From Victivallales bacterium (GTDB taxonomy: Bacteria; Verrucomicrobiota; Lentisphaeria; Victivallales; UBA1829), in the NCBI GenBank assembly GCA_045589595.1, contig JAZNPK010000010.1:66190-130189 (forward strand): a stretch of DNA of 64,000 nucleotides, read 5' to 3'. The position numbers and the translations under genes were made by a program. Positions 45,851-55,124 of this stretch are shown in pieces; positions within the stretch are counted from its first letter, which is position 1, and every line of letters begins with the position of its first letter. The notes under the pieces are model-generated. The model saw only the letters and a list, made by a program, of their open reading frames with translations, had not been told where the DNA came from and searched no databases.

Positions 45851-47151
45851 TTCCGTTCTCCTTGTTGTGACGGGGTGAAGGTTATCTTGAGAATACGTTT
45901 CGTTTCGTGTGTGACCGGTGCTTCTGCCGAATGTCTGACGCCGGGTGCGAGGAAGATCCTGTCGTCTCCGGCTTCTCCCCGCAGAACGACGCGTTTTTCA
46001 GCTGGGATATGCTGATCGCAGAACAGGCGTTTCAGGTTTTTCCGTTTGCCGTCAAATGAAAGGATCGTATCGCCGCTGCGCCACGGTGTCAGACGGAAAT
46101 ATTCCGGGAGTTCTGCCGCATCAAAATAAGCGGCGCCGTCTGTCAGATCCGGGGCAGGGGATGCCGGAATCAGTTCGGCAGTCAGATCACCGCAGACCGA
46201 CTCCGTGCGCCAGAACCATTGCTGTTCAGGCGCGTCTCTGTATTCTGCAAGGCTTACGCCCTGTTTGTTCACGCGTAGAAAATATCTGCCATTGACGGGG
46301 ATCTTTTCCGTTTTATTGTTTCGCAGCGCAGACCGGAGCCGTTCCGCCAGATTCCGTGAAGGCAGGATCTCTGCCGGTTCCAGCAGAAGCCGGAGGACCC
46401 GGATCAGCAGAGCGGGATGCAGTTCCTTCCATGCAGAAAGACCTTCGGTCCGGCACGACTCGTACGCCTGAAACGCTGCGTCTTCCAGATATGCCGCATC
46501 GTCCGCCAGCGACAGAATTGCCTGACGCAGTCCGCCGGGCGCAAAGGGCGCATGTTCCGCCAGAGACGGCAGCAGATCGTTCCGCAGATAGTTCCGGAAA
46601 TAAATATCCTGTTCATTGGTCCGGTCCGTACACCATTGCCGGATGCCCTGCTGCCGCAGAAAATCTTCGATCTCTTTCCGTGTCATATCCAGCATGGGAC
46701 GCCGGAACCTGATCCCCTGAACGGTCCGTTCCTCCCGGAGCGCTGTCAAGCCGGAAACATTGGAGCCGCGACACAGGCGGATCAGCATCGTCTCAACGGC
46801 ATCGTCGCCGTGATGACCGAGCAGGACCACGGCATTTTTTCTGCCGTTGATGATCTTCTTCCATGCCTCAAGCCGGAGCCGCCGTGCTGCAGCTTCATCG
46901 CCTTCGCCGTGCCGACGGTTTGCCGGGACATCCAGCGGTACAAGCAGAAAAGGGATCTCTCTTGATTCACAGAACTCTTTGCAGAAATCGGCGTCCGCAA
47001 GTGATTCGCCGCCCCGCAATCCGTGTTCAAAATGTACGGCACAGATGCGGCTGACAGGATACATTTGTACCGCCTTCAGCAGCAGTGTCAGAGAATCCGC
47101 ACCGCCGCTGAAAGATACAAAGATTGTTTCCTGTTCCGTAATGCCGGACAC
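45847..47151 (-). CDS. tilS: tRNA(Ile)-lysidine synthetase
   Basis: PP-loop VSFSGGADS and a ~430-aa length. There is a 4-nt overlap with the downstream gene. Confidence 0.85.
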   Translation of the reverse strand: MSGITEQETIFVSFSGGADSLTLLLKAVQMYPVSRICAVHFEHGLRGGESLADADFCKEFCESREIPFLLVPLDVPANRRHGEGDEAAARRLRLEAWKKIINGRKNAVVLLGHHGDDAVETMLIRLCRGSNVSGLTALREERTVQGIRFRRPMLDMTRKEIEDFLRQQGIRQWCTDRTNEQDIYFRNYLRNDLLPSLAEHAPFAPGGLRQAILSLADDAAYLEDAAFQAYESCRTEGLSAWKELHPALLIRVLRLLLEPAEILPSRNLAERLRSALRNNKTEKIPVNGRYFLRVNKQGVSLAEYRDAPEQQWFWRTESVCGDLTAELIPASPAPDLTDGAAYFDAAELPEYFRLTPWRSGDTILSFDGKRKNLKRLFCDQHIPAEKRVVLRGEAGDDRIFLAPGVRHSAEAPVTHETKRILKITFTPSQQGERK

Positions 47152-47155
47152 CGTG

Positions 47156-47470
47156 TCAGGCTTCCATCAATGCGTTCAACAGCGTTTCTTTTGTCTGGAC
47201 GCCCATGAATGAACGGACGATTTTACCATCCTTGACAATGAAGATGGAGGGGATGCTTCTGACGCCGAAACGGGCTGCCAGCGCGGGGAACTGATCTACA
47301 TCGATCTTCCCAACCAGCACATCGTCCGGCAGGTCGGCGGCAGTTTCTTCCAGAATGGGGGTGAACATTTTGCAGGGACCGCACCAGGTTGCCCAGAAGT
47401 CAAGCAGGCAGAGTTTGCCCTGTGTTTCAGCGTCGAAATCTGCATCCGTCAAATTTTTGATTGTACTCAT
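47156..47470 (-). CDS. trxA: Thioredoxin
   Basis: WATWCGPCK active site, 104 aa. Confidence 0.93.
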   Translation of the reverse strand: MSTIKNLTDADFDAETQGKLCLLDFWATWCGPCKMFTPILEETAADLPDDVLVGKIDVDQFPALAARFGVRSIPSIFIVKDGKIVRSFMGVQTKETLLNALMEA

Positions 47471-47591
47471 CGTTGTTTTTCCTTTTTCAGTTTGCTGTTC
47501 ATACCAGTCCGCAAGGCGGACACAATTCTACCGTATTATACAACGACAAGCGGGGAAATCAACAGGTTTGCCGGAAAAAGAACAAAAAAAA

Positions 47592-47667
47592 TGGCATCCC
47601 CAACGGGATTCGAACCCGTGTTACCAGGATGAGAACCTGGTGTCCTGGGCCTCTAGACGATAGGGAC
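47592..47667 (-). tRNA. tRNA-Glu (anticodon CTC), CCA encoded
   Basis: Hand fold: GTCCCTA/TGGGGAT acceptor (with G-U pairs), TCTAGAGGCCCAGGA D-region typical of tRNA-Glu, CCAGG-TTCTCAT-CCTGG anticodon arm, ACGGG-TTCGAAT-CCCGT T-arm, and GCCA tail. Confidence 0.92.
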
Positions 47668-47728
47668 GCGCGATAAAATAATATAGCCCGCCCCGATCAT
47701 AAATGCAAGGCGGGCTGCGAAAAAACGG

Positions 47729-48751
47729 TTATTTTTCCGGCTGGATGTTTTCAAAAATGAAGCCGAACTGGAAATACCTGGATTCGCCGGGCATCAGCTT
47801 ATCCGCAGTTCCGTCTGCGATCTCGGCATTTCTGCCTTTCAGATAGGTATTGGTCGGTTCCAGACCGAGAACATAGCGGCTCTGATGAATGTTTTTCCAC
47901 TGGACCAGACGGGGCAGGGTATTGGTGTTGTACACGATGGAAACGCGGATGCCGAGCGCGGGATTCTCCACGGAAAAAATAGCATCGCCGCCTTCATTCG
48001 CCGGTTCCAGTTCATGGAAGAAACACTGTTCCGGCGGATTGCTCGCGTCCGGCGGCGGCATGACATTCCATTGATCCAAACCTTTTTCCGCATGGATGTC
48101 TCGGGGCGTGATCTTGTGTTCCGGCAGGGGGAACCGGATGTCGGGGGAAATAAAAGGATAACCGAAGTTGCAGTGATACAGGATCTGAACATAATCTTCC
48201 GCCGGTCCCAGATTGGTGACACGGTCCGTGACCATGATCATATTGCTGCCGAGAGATGTTGTAATGGAGCGCTCCAACTGCATATTTTCACCGAAAATGG
48301 CGGCTTCACGCACCACGCCGCTGATACGGATCCGGTACTCGGAACCTTCTTCGTTCCAGCCGCGGGATATGGAAACATCTTCCGCAGGTTGCGCGGAGAT
48401 CCTGCCGTGCAGACCGAATTCATCGTCGGGCGTGCCGGTACTGCGCAGACCGCAGGTCGTCATCAGACCGCCCTGCCAGGTGCGGAGCCACGCCGCGCCC
48501 GCCGGATCGTATTCCATCCGGGAACGGTGGATGCCCGGCGTCCGGAACACCAGCGGCAGACCGTTGAAACTCGCTTCCACAATATCCATGGCACGATCCG
48601 GCGCAATGGTGAAATGCAGACCGGAACCGTTGTCAACATCGATGATCCGGTTGCCTCTGCCGTGGCCGCTGGTCAGTTCCGATTCGCGCACCCACGCAAT
48701 CTGATCCATTGTCGCAAGAAATGGTGTAAGTTCTTCTCTCAGGGATGCCAT
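47729..48751 (-). CDS. Aldose-1-epimerase-like (DUF4432-type) protein
   Basis: The length and pattern (GLHFTIAPDRAMDI..., GLHGRIS) recall DUF4432/mutarotase-fold proteins. Moderate certainty. Confidence 0.6.
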   Translation of the reverse strand: MASLREELTPFLATMDQIAWVRESELTSGHGRGNRIIDVDNGSGLHFTIAPDRAMDIVEASFNGLPLVFRTPGIHRSRMEYDPAGAAWLRTWQGGLMTTCGLRSTGTPDDEFGLHGRISAQPAEDVSISRGWNEEGSEYRIRISGVVREAAIFGENMQLERSITTSLGSNMIMVTDRVTNLGPAEDYVQILYHCNFGYPFISPDIRFPLPEHKITPRDIHAEKGLDQWNVMPPPDASNPPEQCFFHELEPANEGGDAIFSVENPALGIRVSIVYNTNTLPRLVQWKNIHQSRYVLGLEPTNTYLKGRNAEIADGTADKLMPGESRYFQFGFIFENIQPEK

Positions 48752-48774
48752 GTTTTACCTCCGTTCAGGTTTTT

Positions 48775-49656
48775 TTATTGTGTCGCAAGGATCACCGTTG
48801 CCATATCGCCGGACAGTTTATAATTGCCCAGTTGTGCCGGTATCAGACAGGAATGTGCCGCCGGCAGCGTACAGGTGTTGCGGCTTGTGTGGATTTGTAC
48901 AGGTTTATTGGTTGCGGTGAGAACATGATAGGTTTCGTGTCCCGTGGAAAGTTCCATCTCACCGTTTACTTCAAGTTTCAGAACACGGAACGGCATGGAC
49001 GCATCCATGTCTTCCGGATGAAGCCGGACGTGCTGTTTTTCAGATGTGTCAAGAATGGATAACGCCTGTTCCACATGAAGCGGACGCTCCGGCTTTCTGT
49101 TCCAATCGGAAAAACGGTACGTGATATTGCAGTTCGTCTGGATTTCAAGCAGCAGGATCCCGCCGCCGATGGAGTGGACTCTGCCGGGATGGATACAATA
49201 CATATCCCCGGGGACCGCTTTATGGACCTGCATCAACTTCATCAGAGAATCGTTGTCCGGCAGCGCAGCCACAAGATCGCCGGAGGTGACGCCTTCCGCG
49301 AGTCCGGCAAGGATCACCGCATCCGGCTCGGCTTCCATAATGTACCAGACTTCCGTCTTTGATTCCGGATGAAGCTGCAGAGAAAGCATGTCGGCAGTAT
49401 CGATCAGTTTGACGATCAGGGGGAACCGCATACCGGGGACCCAGGAGGACCCCACGATCTCCGCTCCGGCAACACTCATCAATGAATGGAGCGTCATACC
49501 CGCAAGCGGTCCGTTGCAGATCCTTGCACGGTCAGCGATCTCCCACGCTTCCCCGATCCGTTCTTTGCCTTTACGCAACAGACAACCGCCCCAGGGCGCA
49601 GAGCAATACTCCGTCTCGAACATGAGCGGATAAAGTTCTCTATACTGAGAATCCAT
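48775..49656 (-). CDS. Class I mannose-6-phosphate isomerase
   Basis: LSLQLHPE and PGDMYCIHPGRVHSIG cupin/zinc-ligand motifs. Confidence 0.75.
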   Translation of the reverse strand: MDSQYRELYPLMFETEYCSAPWGGCLLRKGKERIGEAWEIADRARICNGPLAGMTLHSLMSVAGAEIVGSSWVPGMRFPLIVKLIDTADMLSLQLHPESKTEVWYIMEAEPDAVILAGLAEGVTSGDLVAALPDNDSLMKLMQVHKAVPGDMYCIHPGRVHSIGGGILLLEIQTNCNITYRFSDWNRKPERPLHVEQALSILDTSEKQHVRLHPEDMDASMPFRVLKLEVNGEMELSTGHETYHVLTATNKPVQIHTSRNTCTLPAAHSCLIPAQLGNYKLSGDMATVILATQ

Positions 49657-49830
49657 AGTACAACAATTTTTTTCCTGGCGAAAGAAAGTTTTGGGGACGC
49701 CGACGTTGCTAATATAAATGTAATGTTTGCCGAATTCCAGTAAAAAAACAGTTTTTTTGCAAGTTTTTTGCGAAAAACAGTTTCATTTTCCATAAAATGC
49801 GCTATAATACAGGCGTATCAACCCGAAAAT

Positions 49831-50478
49831 ATGAAAGGAAAATCAAAAATGGCAGTCGAATTGAAAAACGATCAGGATAAGCTGAGCTACACACTCGGCA
49901 TGAACATTTCTTTATCCATCCTCCAGCTTCCTCTGGAACTGAACAAAGAAGTGGTGATCGCTTGCGTGGCAGATCTTCTCCGCGGCGGTCAGCCCCAGAT
50001 CGAACAGCAGGAATATCAGAAGATCATGCAGGATTTCCAGAAACAGCTTCAGACCATCGCCGCTGAACAGAAAAAGAAAGCCGGCGAAGCCAATGCCGAG
50101 ATCAGCCGCAAATTCCTGGAAGAAAACGCAAAGAAAGAAGGCGTGAAAGTGACGAACAGCGGCTTGCAGTACATCGTGCTGGAAGAAGGCAACGGCGAAA
50201 ACCCCAAAGCCACCGATACCGTGAAAGTCCATTACGAAGGTACCCTCATCAATGGTCAGATCTTCGACAGCTCCATCAAGCGCGGCGAACCCGTTGAGTT
50301 CCCCCTGAATCATGTGATCCCGGGCTGGACCGAAGGTCTCCAGCTGATGAGACCCGGCGCAAAATACCGCTTCTTCATCCCCTCCGATCTGGCATACGGC
50401 GAACACGGCGCCGGTGATATGATCGCTCCCAATTCCGCACTGATCTTTGATGTGGAATTGATCGAAGTCAAAGGATAA
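49831..50478 (+). CDS. FKBP-type peptidyl-prolyl isomerase (FkpA/Mip-like)
   Basis: N-terminal dimerisation-helix region plus the FKBP core VHYEGTLINGQIFDSS...IPGWTEGLQLM...FDVELI. The start is either the ATG at 49831 or the one at 49849. Confidence 0.88.
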   Translation: MKGKSKMAVELKNDQDKLSYTLGMNISLSILQLPLELNKEVVIACVADLLRGGQPQIEQQEYQKIMQDFQKQLQTIAAEQKKKAGEANAEISRKFLEENAKKEGVKVTNSGLQYIVLEEGNGENPKATDTVKVHYEGTLINGQIFDSSIKRGEPVEFPLNHVIPGWTEGLQLMRPGAKYRFFIPSDLAYGEHGAGDMIAPNSALIFDVELIEVKG

Positions 50479-50508
50479 GATCCGGGATACCGCTTACGCT
50501 CCGTACAA

Positions 50509-50639
50509 GGCTGCGGGCGGGACCGTGGCAGACGCACGCGCGTCTGCCGAAAAAAACCAGGCACAGTTCAAGCGTGAACTGTGCCGTTTTTTTTTACGCC
50601 GCACCTCCCGGTGGCGGCGTTACGGTCCCGCCCGCAGCC
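50509..50639. terminator. Second branched (four-way-junction) element containing a bidirectional intrinsic terminator, 30 nt after the FKBP gene
   Basis: An 18-nt outer stem (50509-50526 / 50622-50639) encloses three hairpins. These are 50527-50548, 50560-50585 (preceded by A7, followed by T9) and 50596-50620. Confidence 0.5.
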
Positions 50640-50669
50640 AAAAAATGCTGTTTTTTTACAATTTCCGTA

Positions 50670-50698
50670 TTGACTTTACGCAGAACTTGAAGTAAAAT
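50670..50698 (+). promoter_or_regulatory. Sigma70-type promoter candidate for the HlyD/M50/CapA operon
   Basis: TTGACT (50670-50675), 17-nt spacer, TAAAAT (50693-50698). Confidence 0.4.
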
Positions 50699-50729
50699 AC
50701 AGGTGAATCATATTTAACTATTTAAAATA

Positions 50730-51563
50730 ATGAAAGAAGGTCAACTGATGAGAAAGAGTATGATCCCTCTGCTGGCGGCGGCGCTGTTCAGCGGTTCAGT
50801 TTATTTGTCGGCACAGAATGCGGAGAGTGGACTGGTCCCTTCCGCGGCGGTGCAGAAGAAGCAAGTTGTGAAAGTTGTGTTTTTCCCGTTCCGGGAAGCG
50901 ATCCTTGCATCCCGTATTGACGGCGTTGTGCTGGAAAACAATTTAAGGATCGGGCAGCGTTTCAAACAGGGCGAAGTCCTTGTCCGGCTGGATGATGTCC
51001 GGTTCCGTGTGGAACTGGAGCGTGTTCAGGCGTTGGAGAAGGAAAGTATTGCGTTGTGTGATTTTGCCAAAGAAACGCTGAAGGCGCAGGAAGATATGTT
51101 CAAACAGGCAATGATCAGTGAGATCGACTTCAAGAAAGCGAAGCTGGATGTGGAAACATCTGCCGCCCGTCTTCTGGCGATCCGCGCCAATCTGAAAGAA
51201 GCCCAGAACCAGTTGTCTTACTGCGTGATCTCGGCACCGATCGCAGGGCGTATCGAAGAAATCGCCACACGTTCCTTTGAAAACCTCCGGGCGGGGCAGC
51301 CTCTTGTGCGGATCATTGACGACAATCTGCTGAAAGCTGTGATGTTTGTGCCGGTCTCCCTGCTGGAACAGCTCAAGCCCGGAACGGATGTGGATCTTTT
51401 CTGCACCGATACGAAAAAAGCGATCAAGGGAAAAGTGTATGAAATCGCGCCCCGCGCCGATCACCGGAGCGGAACGATCGAGATCCATGCAGTTGTTGAC
51501 AACAGAGACGGCGGTATCACTGCCGGTATGACAGGAGAATTTTCTTATGCCGGGACCCGCTGA
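50730..51563 (+). CDS. HlyD/membrane-fusion-protein-family periplasmic adaptor
   Basis: Signal peptide (MRKSMIPLLAAALFSGSVYLSAQ). Lipoyl-like hairpin (GQRFKQGEVLVRLD ... ISAPIAGRIEE), a coiled-coil segment and a beta-barrel (GKVYEIAPRAD). Confidence 0.8.
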   Translation: MKEGQLMRKSMIPLLAAALFSGSVYLSAQNAESGLVPSAAVQKKQVVKVVFFPFREAILASRIDGVVLENNLRIGQRFKQGEVLVRLDDVRFRVELERVQALEKESIALCDFAKETLKAQEDMFKQAMISEIDFKKAKLDVETSAARLLAIRANLKEAQNQLSYCVISAPIAGRIEEIATRSFENLRAGQPLVRIIDDNLLKAVMFVPVSLLEQLKPGTDVDLFCTDTKKAIKGKVYEIAPRADHRSGTIEIHAVVDNRDGGITAGMTGEFSYAGTR

Positions 51564-52956
51564 TCAACTTCAGGAAATGGCTGCACGCCTCAAGGCGTTC
51601 GGCGTAATTATGCGTTTGGGACATGACATCTTCAACGCAAATGATTTTCAGACTGCCGCCGTCATGGCGGTGAACAATGCCCGTCCGGTGGTCGGATTCC
51701 GCAGTTCCACACTGTTGCGGATCCAGGACCGCAAAGCGGATGTGATCGCCCAGTATGCACAGCCGAATGTGAATGCGCACAGCCGTCAGGCGGTTCTTCA
51801 ACGCAACATTCTGGAAATGACGGGTCCGCTGGATGATATTACGGAAATTTCTTCTGCGGTCGCAAACCAGTACGGCGACGGCTCCGCGGTCCGCGAACTC
51901 TGTCCGGATGATGTGACGATCGTTCTCGTTCCGTTGAAACCGCCCCCGTTCCTGAAGAAACCTGCGTTCCAGTTGGTCTGGCTGCTTGAATTTGACGGCA
52001 AACCGCCTGCATATTCCATGACATCTGCAAAGCTGCTGGCATCCAGTTATTCGGAAGCGTTGTACTGTCAGCGGCTTGGTGGTTCCCGCGTCAGAAATTT
52101 CGGCAGACGGAAACTGATCAACTTCAAACGCATTTTCTGGATCCTTGTCCTTGCGGCTACGATCTATGTGATGTTCCAGCCGATCCCGGAAAAAGTCAAT
52201 GCCGAATTTGAATTGAAAGCACCGGAGATCACAACGGTATATGCCTGGTTTGACGGTCCGGTGGCAGACTGCCGCAGACCCGACGGACGCCTCTGGAAAG
52301 ATGGTGATCAGGTGAAAGCCGGAGATGTGATCGCACGCTACGAGACCAGTCAGCTGGAATACCGTCTGGCAGCCGCACAGGCGGCAGTCCGTGAAACCGA
52401 GGCGGAACTTCAGTTGAAACAGGATGCCTCTTTCACTGAGAAAGAAAAACTCGGCGAAGTGAAATTGCTGGAAGCCCGTCTTCAGTCTGCAAAAGTTGCC
52501 GTGGCAGAAGCCCAATGGTATCTGGATCATGCGGAAATGAAAGCGCCCTGCGCCGGTATCCTTCAGTTGGCAGACCAGCGTGCGGAAGCGTTGATCGGGA
52601 AAGCGGTCCGTACCGGTGATAAGATTTTTGATGTGCTTGGCGGCGAAGGTATGGATGTGAAGGTGCCGATCAATGAACGGGAATCCTCCATTCTGCTGCA
52701 GAATCCGGAGATCATCACGCTGTTTCTGCATACATCGCCCGACACCCCGATCCTGGCGAAAGTCCGCGAGATCAGCCCGTCACCGGAGTTGACCGAACAG
52801 CGTACCTACTGCTATAATCTGATCGCAGAACTGCCTCCGACACAGACCCGTGACCTGAAATACGGTATGCGCGGTATTGCCAAAGTGGAAGGTTCGGAAG
52901 TCTCCATCGGTTACTTCCTGTTCAAGAGTGTGATCCTTTACTTCCGGGGGCTGTAA
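51547..52956 (+). CDS. Bitopic protein: unassigned ~190-aa cytoplasmic domain, one TM helix, HlyD-like periplasmic domain
   Basis: AGGAG RBS. The start lies 17 nt inside the upstream gene. TM helix IFWILVLAATIYVMF. HlyD-like segments (GDQVKAGDVIARYE, coiled coil, MKAPCAGIL). Confidence 0.75.
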   Translation: MPGPADQLQEMAARLKAFGVIMRLGHDIFNANDFQTAAVMAVNNARPVVGFRSSTLLRIQDRKADVIAQYAQPNVNAHSRQAVLQRNILEMTGPLDDITEISSAVANQYGDGSAVRELCPDDVTIVLVPLKPPPFLKKPAFQLVWLLEFDGKPPAYSMTSAKLLASSYSEALYCQRLGGSRVRNFGRRKLINFKRIFWILVLAATIYVMFQPIPEKVNAEFELKAPEITTVYAWFDGPVADCRRPDGRLWKDGDQVKAGDVIARYETSQLEYRLAAAQAAVRETEAELQLKQDASFTEKEKLGEVKLLEARLQSAKVAVAEAQWYLDHAEMKAPCAGILQLADQRAEALIGKAVRTGDKIFDVLGGEGMDVKVPINERESSILLQNPEIITLFLHTSPDTPILAKVREISPSPELTEQRTYCYNLIAELPPTQTRDLKYGMRGIAKVEGSEVSIGYFLFKSVILYFRGL

Positions 52957-52959
52957 ATC

Positions 52960-55122
52960 ATGGCGGAAGAACAGAAAATCCAGGCGGGCGAAAACGCATC
53001 GGCATCTGCCGCGTCCAGCCCTGCCGGGCAGCCGCCCCAGATGCCGAAGCCGGAACTGCAGACCGGTATGCTGCGTCAGGACATTGAATTGATCCGTCCG
53101 GGAGAGCATGGGGACTACGCCATGTTGTTTGACCCGGCGGCGGATGCCTATTACAAGATCAGTGAGCGTTCACTTGATATTATTTCCCGTATCGACCGCA
53201 GCTATCCGCTGATGGAATTTCTGGAAATGCTGAACAACTGCGGGATGCAGGTGACGAAAGATGAAATGCTGCAGTTGATCTCATTTCTGCATCAGAGCAA
53301 TCTTATTGCGCCGGAATACGGTCAGATGGAGCGCAAGTACGCCCAATATGTGAAGATGCGTGAAGATACGATGTTCCTGCGTTTTTCAGCGGCGTATCTG
53401 TTTTTCAAACTGCCGCCGATCCGGCCGGAAAAATTTTACCGCTGGATCCGTCCGGCGGTTTCCTGGATGGCGTCCAAAGCCTTTGTGCTGATGCTTCTGA
53501 TCCCTGCGGTGATCGGCTATGTGCTGATGATGCGGAACTTTTCGGAAGTCCGGTCCACGTTCCTCGACTCTCTGTCGTGGGCGGGATTGGCGAAATACTT
53601 TGTGGCGATCCTTGTAATGAAAGTGGTCCACGAAGCGGCGCACTCGTTGTCTGCGATCCACTTCAACTGCCGGGTACGCGGGGTAGGGCTCGGGTTCATG
53701 GTTTTTTATCCCCGTCTGTTTACGGATACCACCGATTCGTGGCGTCTGCCGCGTCGTCAACGGCTGTTGATCGATGCTGCCGGTATCATCATTGAGCTGC
53801 TGGTTGGCGGTATTGCGGCATTGATCTGGGTATATTCGCCGCCCGGAGCGTGGAAATCCACCATGTTCTATCTGTTTGCGGTAAGTACCATCAGTACATT
53901 GTTCGTCAACGGCAACCCGTGTATCCGTTACGATGGTTACTACATTTTGTGTGACGTGATGAACATTGAGAACCTGATGACCCGTTCTTCGGAATATGTG
54001 AAACAGTTCTGGCGTTGGCATTTTCTGCGTCTGGGCACGAGTCCGAAAGAGGAGCGCGGTGGTTTTCTTCTGTTCTTCGGTATTATTTCCTTTATTTACC
54101 GTATTTTCCTTTACACGTCCATCATCATCATTATCTACAACCAGTTTGTGAAAGCGGTCGCTCTGGTGCTGCTGGTGCTGGAATTGTACAGTATCTTTAT
54201 TTATCCGATGTATAAAGAGATCAAAACGATCCGGATGCTTTCCAAAAAATCGGCAAACAAAGCGCGTCTGTATCTGTTTCTGATTTTGGCGGCGGTGATC
54301 TCGGCGGTTCTGTTTGTGCCGTTGTCCTGGAATCTGCATCTCGACGGTGTGGTGGTCCCGGCGTCACAGGTGCAGCTTGCGGTCCAGGAGGGCGGTTATC
54401 TGAAAGCTGCGCTGCCGGACCGACCGACGGAAGTGAAACCCGGCGACAATATTTTTGGCTTGTCCTCGCCGTTCCTTGATTTCGGTATTGAACGGAATCT
54501 CCGCGATGCGGAATATACGAAACAGCTTCAGGATCTGCAGTTGTCCGGCAAAGAAACGCTGGGTGCTGCGCAGGTGAGTCAGCAGAAACTTGTTACGGTC
54601 GATTCCGTATTGAAGGAACTGAACCGCCGGAAAGGTGAATTGTCCGCAGTCTCGCCCATCGACGGTATTTTCATTCCGAAACTGCCGGGACATGTTTCCG
54701 CCGGTATGTTCCTGCCGAAGGGCGCATTGATCGGGGAGATCATTTCCCGCGAAAAGATGATTTATGCTTATGCGGACGACCGCGACATTCCCAAGCTGAA
54801 GATCGGGGAACGGGTACAGATCCGCGCCCACGACAGTCTGGAAGATCATTTCGGCACGATTACTGCCATCAATCCGGTTCCGTCCAAACTGAAAAATTCG
54901 CCATTGCTTCAGCAGTTCGGCGGACCGATCCCGGTTTACATCGATGAAAAGCAGGTCGGGGAATACACTTCAGTTCTGCCGTTGTACCGGGTGGAAATCA
55001 ACTTTGATCTGCCGCCGCCGATCCAGGTCGGGCGGACATTGAAATTGGAAGTCATCCATACGGAGCGGCTTTACGATACACTGAAACAATATGCAATCTC
55101 TATTATCCGCAAGGAGTTCTGA
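52960..55122 (+). CDS. Fusion protein: PqqD/RRE-like N-domain, M50 (site-2-protease) membrane metalloprotease, HlyD-like C-domain
   Basis: HEAAH zinc motif inside a TM region and NGNPCIRYDG (NxxPxxxxDG S2P signature). The N-terminal 60-120 region has a PqqD-like pattern. The C-terminal ~270 aa has a lipoyl-like hairpin, a short coiled coil and a beta-barrel. Confidence 0.85.
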   Translation: MAEEQKIQAGENASASAASSPAGQPPQMPKPELQTGMLRQDIELIRPGEHGDYAMLFDPAADAYYKISERSLDIISRIDRSYPLMEFLEMLNNCGMQVTKDEMLQLISFLHQSNLIAPEYGQMERKYAQYVKMREDTMFLRFSAAYLFFKLPPIRPEKFYRWIRPAVSWMASKAFVLMLLIPAVIGYVLMMRNFSEVRSTFLDSLSWAGLAKYFVAILVMKVVHEAAHSLSAIHFNCRVRGVGLGFMVFYPRLFTDTTDSWRLPRRQRLLIDAAGIIIELLVGGIAALIWVYSPPGAWKSTMFYLFAVSTISTLFVNGNPCIRYDGYYILCDVMNIENLMTRSSEYVKQFWRWHFLRLGTSPKEERGGFLLFFGIISFIYRIFLYTSIIIIIYNQFVKAVALVLLVLELYSIFIYPMYKEIKTIRMLSKKSANKARLYLFLILAAVISAVLFVPLSWNLHLDGVVVPASQVQLAVQEGGYLKAALPDRPTEVKPGDNIFGLSSPFLDFGIERNLRDAEYTKQLQDLQLSGKETLGAAQVSQQKLVTVDSVLKELNRRKGELSAVSPIDGIFIPKLPGHVSAGMFLPKGALIGEIISREKMIYAYADDRDIPKLKIGERVQIRAHDSLEDHFGTITAINPVPSKLKNSPLLQQFGGPIPVYIDEKQVGEYTSVLPLYRVEINFDLPPPIQVGRTLKLEVIHTERLYDTLKQYAISIIRKEF

Positions 55123-55124
55123 GC

